Made by a program: the position numbers and the translations under genes. Source: an uncultured candidate division Zixibacteria bacterium (lineage in GTDB: Bacteria > Zixibacteria > MSB-5A5 > GN15 > FEB-12). Taken from it: DNA of 64,000 bases. The DNA lies in NCBI GenBank assembly GCA_963664195.1, contig OY760907.1:128001-192000 (forward strand). Direction: 5' to 3'. The notes beneath the pieces were generated by a model. The model had not been told where the DNA came from and made no database searches. It was given only the letters and a program-made list of their open reading frames with translations. The stretch's first letter is position 1. Every line of letters begins with the position of its first letter. Below, piece by piece: positions 1 to 9,821 of the stretch.

Positions 1-891
1 GGCGATCAATCGCGCGATTTCCTTCATGTTATTGAGATAGTCATGTGCCAGAGGATCAATACGGACCACCTCGCCGCCCAGTTCAACGGCCATGGTCTCG
101 ACTTCAGAGGCGGAGAACTGCGGCTGCACAAACAGCGCCCGGGCGCCGTCCCGACGTGCCTCTGCAATCATGGAGGCCAGTTGACGCGGCGAAGGCTCAT
201 GACCATCGTCTTCAATCGCTACCTGCTCTAGCCCAAAGGCATCGGCAAGATACCCGAAAGCGGGGTGGAATACGTACATCCGCTTCCCTTGAACGGGACG
301 TAGCAGGCTGTCCATGGTTAGGTGAAGCAGTTCAAGATCATTCAGGAGTCTCGCCTTGTTTTGTTCGTAGATGATCTCATTGTCGGGATCAATGCTGACC
401 AAAGCCGAACAGACCGTCGCGGCCTGCCGTTTGACGTTCTCGGGATTGAGCCAGATATGTGGATCGGGCATGCCCTCGTGCACAGCATCGCCGTGGCGGT
501 GACTGCCCAATGGTCTCAGGGCGATCCCTCGACGAGTGTCAACCAAATCGGGACCGCTGTCAGAAGTCGAGCCGAGCTTATCGATAAGCTTCTGCTCGAA
601 CGGCATCCCCACAGAGAAGAAGATGTCTGCCTCCCGAAGCCTGATAGTCTCACGAGGAGTCGGCTCATAGGTTGCAGGGGAGTGTCCCGGCGCGAGGAGA
701 ATCTCGACCCCGGCCAGATCGCCGGCGATGCGCTCAACAACAAATGCCACGGGCGGTATGCTGGCCCATGTTGACACGCGCGACTCGATTGTCACTTTCT
801 CCCCACCGCAGCCTCCTATCAACAGGGAGACGGTCAGAACGGCACACAACAATATAGGGACTCGTACGATGATGCTAGGCAGGCTCTTCAT
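1..891 (-). CDS. Metal (Zn/Mn) ABC transporter substrate-binding lipoprotein, ZnuA/TroA family; runs off the left edge
   Basis: Not in the ORF track. Manual translation from ATG 891 gives MKSLPSIIVRVPILLCAVLTVSLLIGGC (lipobox), then PGHSPATYEP, His-rich SHRHGDAVHEG, DPHIWLNP, VFHPAFGY and GHEPSP. No stop before position 1. Confidence 0.9.
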   Translation of the reverse strand, partial: MKSLPSIIVRVPILLCAVLTVSLLIGGCGGEKVTIESRVSTWASIPPVAFVVERIAGDLAGVEILLAPGHSPATYEPTPRETIRLREADIFFSVGMPFEQKLIDKLGSTSDSGPDLVDTRRGIALRPLGSHRHGDAVHEGMPDPHIWLNPENVKRQAATVCSALVSIDPDNEIIYEQNKARLLNDLELLHLTMDSLLRPVQGKRMYVFHPAFGYLADAFGLEQVAIEDDGHEPSPRQLASMIAEARRDGARALFVQPQFSASEVETMAVELGGEVVRIDPLAHDYLNNMKEIARLIA

Positions 892-1159
892 GAGGCTTGG
901 TCACCTTCGCTGTCGGGCATTCGAGATACAACTCATTGCAGTGTTCACATTCCTTGATCGAGTGATTCTCGAGGAAAGCATCCCAATGCGCGCGCTGGTT
1001 TGGTGTCAAAATGCCGGTCCCCCGACACAGCGGGCAGGAACTGTCCAACGCGGCGAGGATGGCAGAGCGAATGAAGTTGGACCTGTTCGGAATTCCCTGC
1101 ATCGCCTCCAGAAGAGTTTCGTCTACCTTGAATGTGATGATGTCTGATTTCTTCTTCAT
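875..1159 (-). CDS. Ribbon-helix-helix (CopG-like) regulator with Cys-rich C-terminal metal-binding region
   Basis: IITFKVDETLLEAM..NRSNFIRSAI fits the RHH pattern; CPLC and CEHC..C motifs; overlaps the start of the ZnuA-like gene. Confidence 0.75.
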   Translation of the reverse strand: MKKKSDIITFKVDETLLEAMQGIPNRSNFIRSAILAALDSSCPLCRGTGILTPNQRAHWDAFLENHSIKECEHCNELYLECPTAKVTKPHEEPA

Positions 1160-1206
1160 AGCCCACTCATTTTCAATGCGGTCAGGATCATTCCTGCCGA
1201 CCTAGT

Positions 1207-1234
1207 TATTACTATGTAATACCCAACTTGTCAA
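1207..1234 (-). promoter_or_regulatory. Promoter (-35 TTGACA) with overlapping inverted-repeat operator TATTAC-N3-GTAATA
   Basis: TTGACA on the minus strand at 1234-1229; perfect 6-3-6 palindrome at 1207-1221 over the spacer/-10 region. Confidence 0.6.
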
Positions 1235-1294
1235 GTAGGAAATACACGCACGGGGCTTTTTTTGTCGCTGCTGAGGGCAAGTGGTCTCGGCACC

Positions 1295-1322
1295 TTGACT
1301 TACGCATCTCAGACGGTATACT
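1295..1322 (+). promoter_or_regulatory. sigma70-type promoter of crcB
   Basis: TTGACT (1295-1300), 16 nt, TATACT (1317-1322). Confidence 0.6.
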
Positions 1323-1327
1323 CTCAT

Positions 1328-1705
1328 ATGATCAAGCTCTTGATAATCGGACTGGGGGGGTTCGTCGGCGCTATCGCTCGATATGGCATTTCGGGTGTGG
1401 TTCAGAGATACGGCGGCGGCTTTCCTCTCGGGACAATGGCCGTCAATGTCCTCGGCTGCGCCATCATCGGCGGTTTCCTGTATTTGGTTGAGACTCGTGC
1501 GGTTATGGCCCCTAATCTGCGCCTCTTCCTCGGCGTCGGGATTCTGGGTGCCTTCACCACCTTCTCTACTTTTGGATACGAAACAATCGAACTGCTGGGC
1601 GATCGTCAGATTGGATTCGCGCTACTCAACATCGCCGGTAATCTCGTTCTGGGACTGGGCGCTGTGTGGCTTGGTCGGACAATAATGAGGGCCCTGCAAT
1701 TCTAG
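1328..1705 (+). CDS. crcB: Fluoride efflux channel CrcB/Fluc
   Basis: GLGGFVGAIARY, FPLGTMAVNVLG and GILGAFTTFSTF signatures; ATG at 1328. Confidence 0.95.
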   Translation: MIKLLIIGLGGFVGAIARYGISGVVQRYGGGFPLGTMAVNVLGCAIIGGFLYLVETRAVMAPNLRLFLGVGILGAFTTFSTFGYETIELLGDRQIGFALLNIAGNLVLGLGAVWLGRTIMRALQF

Positions 1706-1717
1706 GGAGGCATTGAG

Positions 1718-2062
1718 ATGAAAATCGAAGGTGAAGGTCAACTACTCCGGGTTTTTGTTGGCGAAAACGAACGGCATAACGGACATCCTCTGTACGAAGC
1801 CGTCGTCCGTGTCGCAAACGAACACCACCTCGCCGGAGCGACGGTCCTGCGCGGGGTGGCCGGTTTCGGTGCCGACAGTCGCATTCACACCACAAAAATC
1901 CTCCGGATGTCCGAGAATCTCCCGGTCGTTATCGAAATAGTCGACACTGCCGATCACATTCAGAAAATCCTCCCCATTATTGACGAAATGGTGGGCACCG
2001 AAGGACTGATCACTCTTGAGAGAGTCGAGATTATCGGCTACAAACCCAAAAACAGAGGCTAG
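1718..2062 (+). CDS. DUF190 (PII-like) protein, usual crcB partner
   Basis: LLRVFVGE..PLYE..GATVLRGVAGFG..LPVVIEIVD; GGAGG RBS. Confidence 0.9.
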   Translation: MKIEGEGQLLRVFVGENERHNGHPLYEAVVRVANEHHLAGATVLRGVAGFGADSRIHTTKILRMSENLPVVIEIVDTADHIQKILPIIDEMVGTEGLITLERVEIIGYKPKNRG

Positions 2063-4860
2063 TAAGTTACCGCCGAATCGCAGCCGATGACGGTCAGCGG
2101 ATATAGAGAAATGAACAGGTGATCGATAAGAAGCGTGAGGTCGGCCATCGCGACCCGGCAGTCACCGTCGAGATCGCCCACTCGCATCGGGTCAAGGGGG
2201 TTCAGACTGATAAACAGATGATCAATCATCACCGTGAGATCGCTCATCGTCACCAGGTGCGAATGGTCAACATCGCCGAGCGTCCAGGTCCAGAAACTCA
2301 ATGACTCGGGCGAAACCGACAGATTTCCAGTACGATCCCACGCCGCCACTTTCCACCAGAACCGTTTGTTGAACGCCAACGTATCCACCCAGAAAAACTC
2401 GTTTGACTCCAGTGAATCCACAATCCGCGCCGTGCTGAAATCATCGAGCGTATCCAGCGTCAGACGATACCTAACGGTGTCATACACGTCGGGGTCGATC
2501 GCCGCGTCCCATATGAAATGGATCTCCGCCGTGTACTCGATTGAGTCGACCCGAGTCGGTGGATAACGACAGAGTGGCGTTGAAGGCGCTTCCTGAAGCT
2601 CATTCACGACAAACGTTCCTGTCTCCGACGGTTCGGAATACTCGAAGCCGTCAAACGATCGTGCGTTCCACCAGTGCAGACAGTGTTCGCCCAACGGGTC
2701 ACCCGTAATCTCACCGCCGGTGGAGTCGATTCCTTCCGGCACGGCCAGCACTTCGATTGGACCTCCCAGCACACAATCCGTATCGTGGAACCCGGTGAAG
2801 TCATAGGTAAGCAAATCGTTTTCGTTGTCTTCAGAGTTCAACACCCAGAGGATTGGATGCGAGCCGGTTACGGTCCAATTATCGGGACACAGCAGACCGG
2901 GAGCACTCGGTGGCGTATTCACGTGGAAGGAGGTCTCGAACCATTCGGACCAGATGAGATCGTTCGAGACGCGCAATCTGAGGAAACAGGTCTGACCGTC
3001 GACAAGCGAATCCCCCGCATACACTACCAACGTATCAGGGGTCAGGAGAGAATCAGGATTCCACAACTCAGCCTCTGCCCAATCGTCGTCGGTGCCGACC
3101 TCAAGTTCCACCATTGTCTGCGGCTGGCCGGACGAATCAACATAACTCCAGCTTATCACCGGCTGATCGGACAACACGTGCAGGCTGTCCCCTACCGTGT
3201 CCACGATAACACCGTCGACAAGGGGAGCGTAGCAACCAATCCCCAACGCACCTATCAGCGTGCTGCAAGATGAGTAGGCCGAAGCGCAGGGGGAGATATC
3301 AAACAGAGTGTAATCACCGGCCGAAGCGTCACAAAAAAGCGGCTCCTCTGAGATGTTACCGTCGACACCGATTTCATTCGGAATAACACCCCACCCGCCA
3401 CTGGAGTTGCCGACGACATTGCAGCAGGTGATCGTATCTTCTTTCGGCGATGAGCTGCAGTAGATGCCGTAGCCTTCGTTGTCGGCGATCACAGACACAC
3501 GCATTTCAAGCAACGAGAGAGAATCCTCATCGATACGGACGCCATCGCTCAGGTTATCCGCAACCGTGCAACGTTCCAGCACTACCGAGGTAAACGCGCC
3601 CGAACCAACATGCAGACCGGGACCGGTGTTGCCGGTCAGGACGACGTCGGCAATGTACAAGTCCTGTCCCAACCCTTCCACTTTCAGACCGGCAGAACCA
3701 TTGTCGCTGATGGTCGATGAAGTTACGCTGATATTATCCGTATGGAAATAGTCGGTCTCAATCTCAACGCCCCCACCGTTATTGGTATACTCGCAACCGT
3801 GCATGTAAAGCGCAGCCAATTGACAATGTAGGCCGCCGCTGTTGTCGTGAATATAGCAGCTGTCGAAAAACAGTGCCTCGATATCGCCATCCGTCCCCCC
3901 GATCATGTCAGCAACCGCTCCGCAGTCACGGATTTCTGTCCGCATTAGATGTGTGCCGACCTCGCCGGCCGCCCGAAGTGCGAGAGACCGATCACTGAAA
4001 CCGTCGCTGCAGAGTACTGTATCAACGTATTCGAAAAGACAGTCCGTGAGGTGGGTGGCGCTATAGAACACACGCTTGATCCCGTAGATATTGTGACTGA
4101 AGACCGTGCTGTCGGCCCGACAGTCACCCGAGACGGCGGTCACGTTGCTATCGAGCAGACAACTGTCCAAGTCCGCGTGGCCGCGGGCGAAATATGACTC
4201 GACGGCTATCTCGTTCACCTTGAACGTGCAGTTCCGACAAGATGCGGCAGAGCCGTCCTCGCACCGAATGCCGGACTCGACGCTGTTCCTGAAGAGACAC
4301 GAATCAAGTTCGGCCGATCCTTCGTAGAGAAGTAATCCCACGAAATTCCCGATGAAATCACACCGGACCAACTCCAACGCCCCATCACCTTCGCATAGAA
4401 TACCGGAGGCGTTGCCGGACAGCGCTACATCGATGAGTTCAGGCTCTCCCCCCAGCAAAGATATTCCAGTCTCGCAGCCCTGTATCTTGAGATTCGACAG
4501 CGTGGCGGAAAACGATCCCCAGATTCCGACATCAGCGTTCTTGATTGTGAACCCCTGAATAACGGTCGTAGAATCCTGAGCATTATCCAGTATCAGACAC
4601 CGGAGCAGTTCCCCCTCACAGTCAAGAGTGGTCGAATCCGGACCGTTTTCTGACATGAGAACGATATTCAGCGTGTCAAAGTCGACATCCCGATTCCCGA
4701 CCCCCGTGTAGGTACCGTCGGCCACAAGCACAGTATCCCCCTCGGCAGCGACATCGATTCCGGCCTGGATGGTCGGTTGATCGGTCGGCACCAGGATCAC
4801 GCCTCCTCTTGCGACGGAGAAGACGAGAATCAAAAGGATCGTTGACAGTGTGGCTCTCAT
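2059..4860 (-). CDS. Secreted right-handed beta-helix repeat protein with Ig/FN3-like domains and C-terminal dockerin-like module
   Basis: Signal peptide; VPTDQPTIQAGID..GDTVLVADGTY start; many N-x-x-G-I repeats; duplicated GDVD..VTMSDLTVMIDHLFISL. Confidence 0.85.
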   Translation of the reverse strand: MRATLSTILLILVFSVARGGVILVPTDQPTIQAGIDVAAEGDTVLVADGTYTGVGNRDVDFDTLNIVLMSENGPDSTTLDCEGELLRCLILDNAQDSTTVIQGFTIKNADVGIWGSFSATLSNLKIQGCETGISLLGGEPELIDVALSGNASGILCEGDGALELVRCDFIGNFVGLLLYEGSAELDSCLFRNSVESGIRCEDGSAASCRNCTFKVNEIAVESYFARGHADLDSCLLDSNVTAVSGDCRADSTVFSHNIYGIKRVFYSATHLTDCLFEYVDTVLCSDGFSDRSLALRAAGEVGTHLMRTEIRDCGAVADMIGGTDGDIEALFFDSCYIHDNSGGLHCQLAALYMHGCEYTNNGGGVEIETDYFHTDNISVTSSTISDNGSAGLKVEGLGQDLYIADVVLTGNTGPGLHVGSGAFTSVVLERCTVADNLSDGVRIDEDSLSLLEMRVSVIADNEGYGIYCSSSPKEDTITCCNVVGNSSGGWGVIPNEIGVDGNISEEPLFCDASAGDYTLFDISPCASAYSSCSTLIGALGIGCYAPLVDGVIVDTVGDSLHVLSDQPVISWSYVDSSGQPQTMVELEVGTDDDWAEAELWNPDSLLTPDTLVVYAGDSLVDGQTCFLRLRVSNDLIWSEWFETSFHVNTPPSAPGLLCPDNWTVTGSHPILWVLNSEDNENDLLTYDFTGFHDTDCVLGGPIEVLAVPEGIDSTGGEITGDPLGEHCLHWWNARSFDGFEYSEPSETGTFVVNELQEAPSTPLCRYPPTRVDSIEYTAEIHFIWDAAIDPDVYDTVRYRLTLDTLDDFSTARIVDSLESNEFFWVDTLAFNKRFWWKVAAWDRTGNLSVSPESLSFWTWTLGDVDHSHLVTMSDLTVMIDHLFISLNPLDPMRVGDLDGDCRVAMADLTLLIDHLFISLYPLTVIGCDSAVTY

Positions 4861-5121
4861 GGCCTCCCTTTAGTCTTGGCAGACGGGTCCTTGCGGACGG
4901 CATTTTCTACATACAGGTTCGCACAGACCGCACATTTTATTGATCGGCCGTTTCTATCTTCTCGGCCAGTCCTTAGAGATGTTACGGATGTGAGACAGGC
5001 TCCGTCAACAAACAGATTTGGACAGCATCTTAACGTCCGGAGTTAGTGGAGATAACATTCGCGAAATCAGCCGCCGGCCAAGGGAATCCCCCAAAGCCGG
5101 CAGATCGGAGTCAAGAGTAGC

Positions 5122-5601
5122 TTACGGGCACGGCGGGAGCGGGGATAGACTGATGAACAAATGATCGATCAGTATCGTCAGGTCGCCCATCGTAACCAAC
5201 CCGTCGGCGCTCAGATCGACATTGCCCTCTTCGACACAGGTGAGCGGAGTCAGGCTGATAAACAAGTGGTCGATCAGTACAGTCAGGTCACCCATCGTAA
5301 CGAGATTGTCCGAGGATCCGTCGACATTACCGACTGAAGGTCCGGTGCAGCAGGTGCTGCTTGTCTTGATCTTCTGCCAGTAGCCGTGATTGAGACCGTA
5401 CAAAGTAGTGGTTCCCGCCCCAACCGAGGTCTGGCCGACCGTGCCGGAGAGACGGTAGACGGTTGTCGAGGCACCGTTGTCTCCCCCGCCTGAGATGACC
5501 TGCCAGTTGATCTGTTCGCCGGCTTTGTCGCCGGTATCTCCGAACACGTTCGCAAACAGAAGCACCAACACCGCGACACAACTGACGATATGTGTTTTCA
5601 C
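5122..5601 (-). CDS. Small secreted protein with dockerin-like C-terminus
   Basis: GTG 5601 with AGGAG RBS; signal peptide; INWQVISGGG..LSGTVGQ..GYWQ domain; two VTMGDLTxLIDHLFISL repeats. Confidence 0.85.
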   Translation of the reverse strand: MKTHIVSCVAVLVLLFANVFGDTGDKAGEQINWQVISGGGDNGASTTVYRLSGTVGQTSVGAGTTTLYGLNHGYWQKIKTSSTCCTGPSVGNVDGSSDNLVTMGDLTVLIDHLFISLTPLTCVEEGNVDLSADGLVTMGDLTILIDHLFISLSPLPPCP

Positions 5602-5710
5602 AGCATTTACTCCTATTTGATTCCGGGGCAGGTACAAGTGGTCTTGCGCACAAGATACTGCGAGACGGCGATTTGTCAAGAAGTGCGAGAATTTGTCAGC
5701 CTATCAATCC

Positions 5711-7879
5711 TCACGGCGCGACTGGAGCACATAGCAACTTCGCTCCTTTCGACGGGTCGGTCACGTATTCAACAAGCATTACAATATCTGCGATGTTCAC
5801 ACAACCGTCGCCGTTGATGTCGCCGTTGGCCGTATTCGGCAGCAGAACGATTGATCCGGTCGGATCGTAGAAATAGTAGTCGATCAGAATGCTGACATCC
5901 ACAATGTCGACAATACCATCGTCGTTAACATCCCCGCAAGGGAGTTCCTCGATAATTATCCGGTAGTCCTCTACTTCCCCGTTACTGATGATGCCGCAGG
6001 GGCCGGCCGGGTAACCTTCGGTAAGGCGGATGCGCAGAGTTGTAGCACCGAGAACCGCAGTCGTCGGACAGGAGATCGTGGACGTAAACGGGCCCGCAGC
6101 ACTCGGGTTACCGTCGATGGCGAGCCACTCGTCCGGATGCTCGAAAACGAGGTCCCCATCCCAATCAATGAATGCCGTAACGTTATCCGACGGTGTGCCG
6201 TTTGTGCTCTCAACCGTCAATTCGTAGTTGTTCCCTCCCCGATACACTACGGTCGAATGAGTTCCGCAATAGTCTGTGTAGTCGTCGCCTGACGAACTGT
6301 TGTCGATCGAGCCCATCTGGACACGCGAGATGTATTCGTTGGAGCTGTTGGAGACAGCCTCGCAGTACGGGCGACAAATCTCACCGCTGACGTTGATTGT
6401 ATAGGGACCGTTAGCCTGGAAATAGTCGAAATACACCGGGTAGTAGTATGTACCGGCCGGTACTTCACCGAAAGTGATAGTGGCATTGTAGTCATCGCAA
6501 GTGGTCCAGTCCAGTGACTCGGACCGGACAAGAGTAGATTGATCGGTGTTGCAGGGACACTCGGATTCCATCACCATGGACATCTGGCTAAAAACCGGAC
6601 TGGTGCCGCAGTAATCCAATACAAGACTCATACATGTGTCAATAGTGAACGCCTCCCACACGCACGTATCGAGCATGGCCGCACAGTCGCTGTCCAGGGC
6701 GCCGATGGTAGTACCGGTGAAGGTCAGCGGAGAATCTGCAGTCAAGGTGGGAATTGAACCGCCGTAGTAGGACTCGAGGTCGGCACAGTTATCGTTTCCC
6801 GGTGGATCGGGACATGTCGAGCAATCAACGATGATCGAGAACTGACCCTGAATGCCGTACTGTCCACCGACACGCACTATGAACTCGCTACCAACAGAGA
6901 TTCCGCCGACCGTTGCGCCCTGTCCACCGTGGGGATAGACCGCATCGTCGGCAAGCGCGAGCAAGCTCATTGTGGAACAGTCAAATCCCGGCGCAAGATA
7001 GACGGCCATCTCGGTCTCCAGCCCGCTTTCACTGAGATCGAACGTCAAGCAGCCGTCGCCGCTCGCATCGCATGTAGCGGTGTATTTGAACCATACATCG
7101 CACCTAATGGAGTCATTCTCCTGAGTGGCCCCTTCGTTGGTAAATATGCCGTTATAGCCATCGTAAATCTCGATAGCGTCAACACACCTGTCGTTCAGAG
7201 GAGTCTCTGTGCAGACAACCTCCGTGATCGTCAAGTCAAACTCCGGGACACATTCGGGCGGTGCCCACGTATCGATCATGAGATAATACGTGCCAGCCTC
7301 CAGACTCACACTACTGATCATGAAGGGGAAACCCTCGTAATGGTACCACCCGTCAATCAAACTACCGACAACATCCGGACAGTCGGAGAAGATGCCACAG
7401 CCGGTATATGCCGTTCCGAGCGGGTCCACCGTGATGTCAATGCACATAGCGATCGGGATGATCAATTCGTAGATGATATCCTCGCCCTCGTCAAGATTTC
7501 CCATATCGGTATCTGAATAGTTGTCTTCGAAATAGCAAGTGGTCTGCCCGAAATCTTCGTAGTATCCGGTGAAATTGACTATGATAGGAAAGTCACAGTC
7601 GGTCCCGTCCTGAGGCGGCGGAGTTGCCCCGACAGGATCGCTAGACTCACGCCCGTCAAGAACTGGTGAAGCCTGCTGCAACTGCTGTCTTCTCTTGGCC
7701 ACAATCATCTGTTGATCTACTGCAAACGGATTGCCTGCGATCTGCGCAACAGGCGGTCTTTCGGCTGACGTCTGATTCGGGCGCCTGGCGATTAGTTCGT
7801 TGTCTGCGCCTTGCGTGAGAGATGCCAGAAACAGCACAGCCGCAGCAAGGACTCCAAAACGTACGATAATAGTTTTCAT
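5711..7879 (-). CDS. Secreted Cys-rich protein with GEVED domain and dockerin-like C-terminus
   Basis: Signal peptide; repeated PxNDxC..D.WF modules; EYISRVQMGSIDN..FIDWDGD..LRIR..GEVEDY; GDVNDDGIVDIVD repeats. Confidence 0.85.
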   Translation of the reverse strand: MKTIIVRFGVLAAAVLFLASLTQGADNELIARRPNQTSAERPPVAQIAGNPFAVDQQMIVAKRRQQLQQASPVLDGRESSDPVGATPPPQDGTDCDFPIIVNFTGYYEDFGQTTCYFEDNYSDTDMGNLDEGEDIIYELIIPIAMCIDITVDPLGTAYTGCGIFSDCPDVVGSLIDGWYHYEGFPFMISSVSLEAGTYYLMIDTWAPPECVPEFDLTITEVVCTETPLNDRCVDAIEIYDGYNGIFTNEGATQENDSIRCDVWFKYTATCDASGDGCLTFDLSESGLETEMAVYLAPGFDCSTMSLLALADDAVYPHGGQGATVGGISVGSEFIVRVGGQYGIQGQFSIIVDCSTCPDPPGNDNCADLESYYGGSIPTLTADSPLTFTGTTIGALDSDCAAMLDTCVWEAFTIDTCMSLVLDYCGTSPVFSQMSMVMESECPCNTDQSTLVRSESLDWTTCDDYNATITFGEVPAGTYYYPVYFDYFQANGPYTINVSGEICRPYCEAVSNSSNEYISRVQMGSIDNSSSGDDYTDYCGTHSTVVYRGGNNYELTVESTNGTPSDNVTAFIDWDGDLVFEHPDEWLAIDGNPSAAGPFTSTISCPTTAVLGATTLRIRLTEGYPAGPCGIISNGEVEDYRIIIEELPCGDVNDDGIVDIVDVSILIDYYFYDPTGSIVLLPNTANGDINGDGCVNIADIVMLVEYVTDPSKGAKLLCAPVAP

Positions 7880-8133
7880 CGAGTGCATTCCCTCCAAGAC
7901 ATGTGTATTTACGACAACAGACTCAGATGTAATCCGCGACTGCCCGATTAGTGCAACCGCGCTCTCCCCGGCTCTACTCGGGGACACAACGATGCGCTAA
8001 TTTCATGATACAATCACACGCGGATATTGTCAATGATAATCCATGTTTGGGGGCTTGGTGGAGAGCGGGCGTCAGACGGTCATAGCAAGTAGAACCGATA
8101 TCGGGTGGCCCCTTCAAACTTGTTTGGAGGGGG

Positions 8134-8171
8134 CTTGAATCCGGGCCAATCAAGTTTGGCCCGGACTCAAG
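8134..8171 (-). terminator. Stem-loop downstream of the surface-protein operon
   Basis: CTTGAATCCGGGCCAA / TTGGCCCGGACTCAAG near-perfect inverted repeat. Confidence 0.5.
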
Positions 8172-8197
8172 GCGGCATTCTTTCGTTCAATCTGCCT

Positions 8198-9821
8198 CTA
8201 CGGGCACGGCGGAAGCGGATCAAGAGTGATGAAGAGGTGGTCGATCATCGCATTCATATCGCCCATTGAGACAATACCGTCACTGTCAATATCACCCGCC
8301 TCCGGACAACTCAACGGCATCAGAGAAATGAACAGATGGTCGATCAGAACCGTCATGTCGCTCTGCGTCACAAGGCCGTCGGGGCTCTCATCCACATTGC
8401 CCAGCACGCCATTACAGCAGCGTTCCGCGTGATAGAACGAACCCGTTCGCGTCACCACATTGATCGGCTCCGAGTCTTTGCCGAGAATCTGCATAAGGTA
8501 AAGACTGGTCGCTGTAACCTCGTAACTATAGTCGCCAGCCGGGGTCTGCTGACCGGATTCATCGGTGCCGTCCCAGATCATCGACGTATACCCCGCCGTG
8601 ACCACGCACGCGTCAGGTCCCAAGAGATTCTTCACGAGCACGTCGTTGTCGTCGTAGACAGCCACAGTCACATCCGACGGGTCCACAAGCATGAAACCAA
8701 GTTCGTGGATTGTGTTCTGCGCGTTGGCATCCACGTTGACGTCGATTACGTCAGTGCCGACACCGTAAGTGCAGGAGGCCGGTTGAGTCGCTCCAGTCCT
8801 CGGTGATGAAGACCGACCCGCACAAGTACGGCCCGGCGGTGATAGTGAACGCACAGGGCATCGCAAACTGATTGGTACCTGTGCCTGGGCTACCAAACGT
8901 GCAGAGAGGATCAGGGTCGAACTCATGGTATTTCGTGAATACGGCGTTTGAATCATTCAAGGCCCACAGATGATCGTAGGCGTCGAAGTGCAAGTCGACA
9001 ATCGGGTACGCGCAGGTTTTTGTCGCAGCCGGGACCCATACTCCGCCTAGCGTATAGCGCCGAATCTCACTTACTTCCGTGTTAGACATAGCTACCCACA
9101 CGCCCTCAGATGCCAATTCGTCAATGTCTGTGGCTATTGCGGTTGCTTTCATATTTGCGGGAAGTACAATAGTACACTCTAGCGGCCCGAGGACGGAGAA
9201 CCTCATCAGCTTATTATTATCACTCAGCACCCATATCTTGTCATCCTCAATATCGTAGTAAGTCCCTCCGTTGTAGAGCGCCACATCAATCGGCCTATAC
9301 ATTCCGTCGCAGGTTATGTTCGGCACAACGGTACGACAGAACACACCATCATACTGTTGGACGAAACCTGCGCAGACAACCCTGTTATTGTATGTATCTG
9401 CAATGTAAATGTCGTAGATATCAGGAGATACAACATGGGCCGCCATGCTCCTCGGCCAGAGAAACTGACAATCGCCGCTACCAGCAGATCCGAAAGATTT
9501 AATGTAGCCTTCCGGCACACTGTAATAGACCATTCTATTCCAAGTATTATCGAGAGTAGCGATAATCGAAGATCGCAGGCTACCGTCTGTATTCTTGTTG
9601 TAGAGATATACTCCCGTCCTGGGATGATTGAAGAGATCTCTATTCAGATCTGTATTGGCCCAGGACTCGTTTATTTCCCAAAGATCGGAACTGCCATTCG
9701 CGCCTATTCTGATCCGCAGTTGCTTCAGTGCATTGTCGCTCTGAGTTTGAGTGAAACCTATCTCGGCTATACCGGCAAAGAGAAACAACCCCACTATCAT
9801 GAGTAGAATACTTCGCATCAC
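8198..9821 (-). pseudogene. Secreted NHL/beta-propeller + FlgD-Ig + dockerin protein with one frameshift near 8770
   Basis: ORF 9821-8751 (signal peptide, FGSAGSGDCQFLWP and FGSPGTGTNQFAMP NHL motifs) continues in another frame as YGVGTD..WDGTDESG..GDY + dockerin. Removing one base in CAC-T-TAC joins them. Confidence 0.8.
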
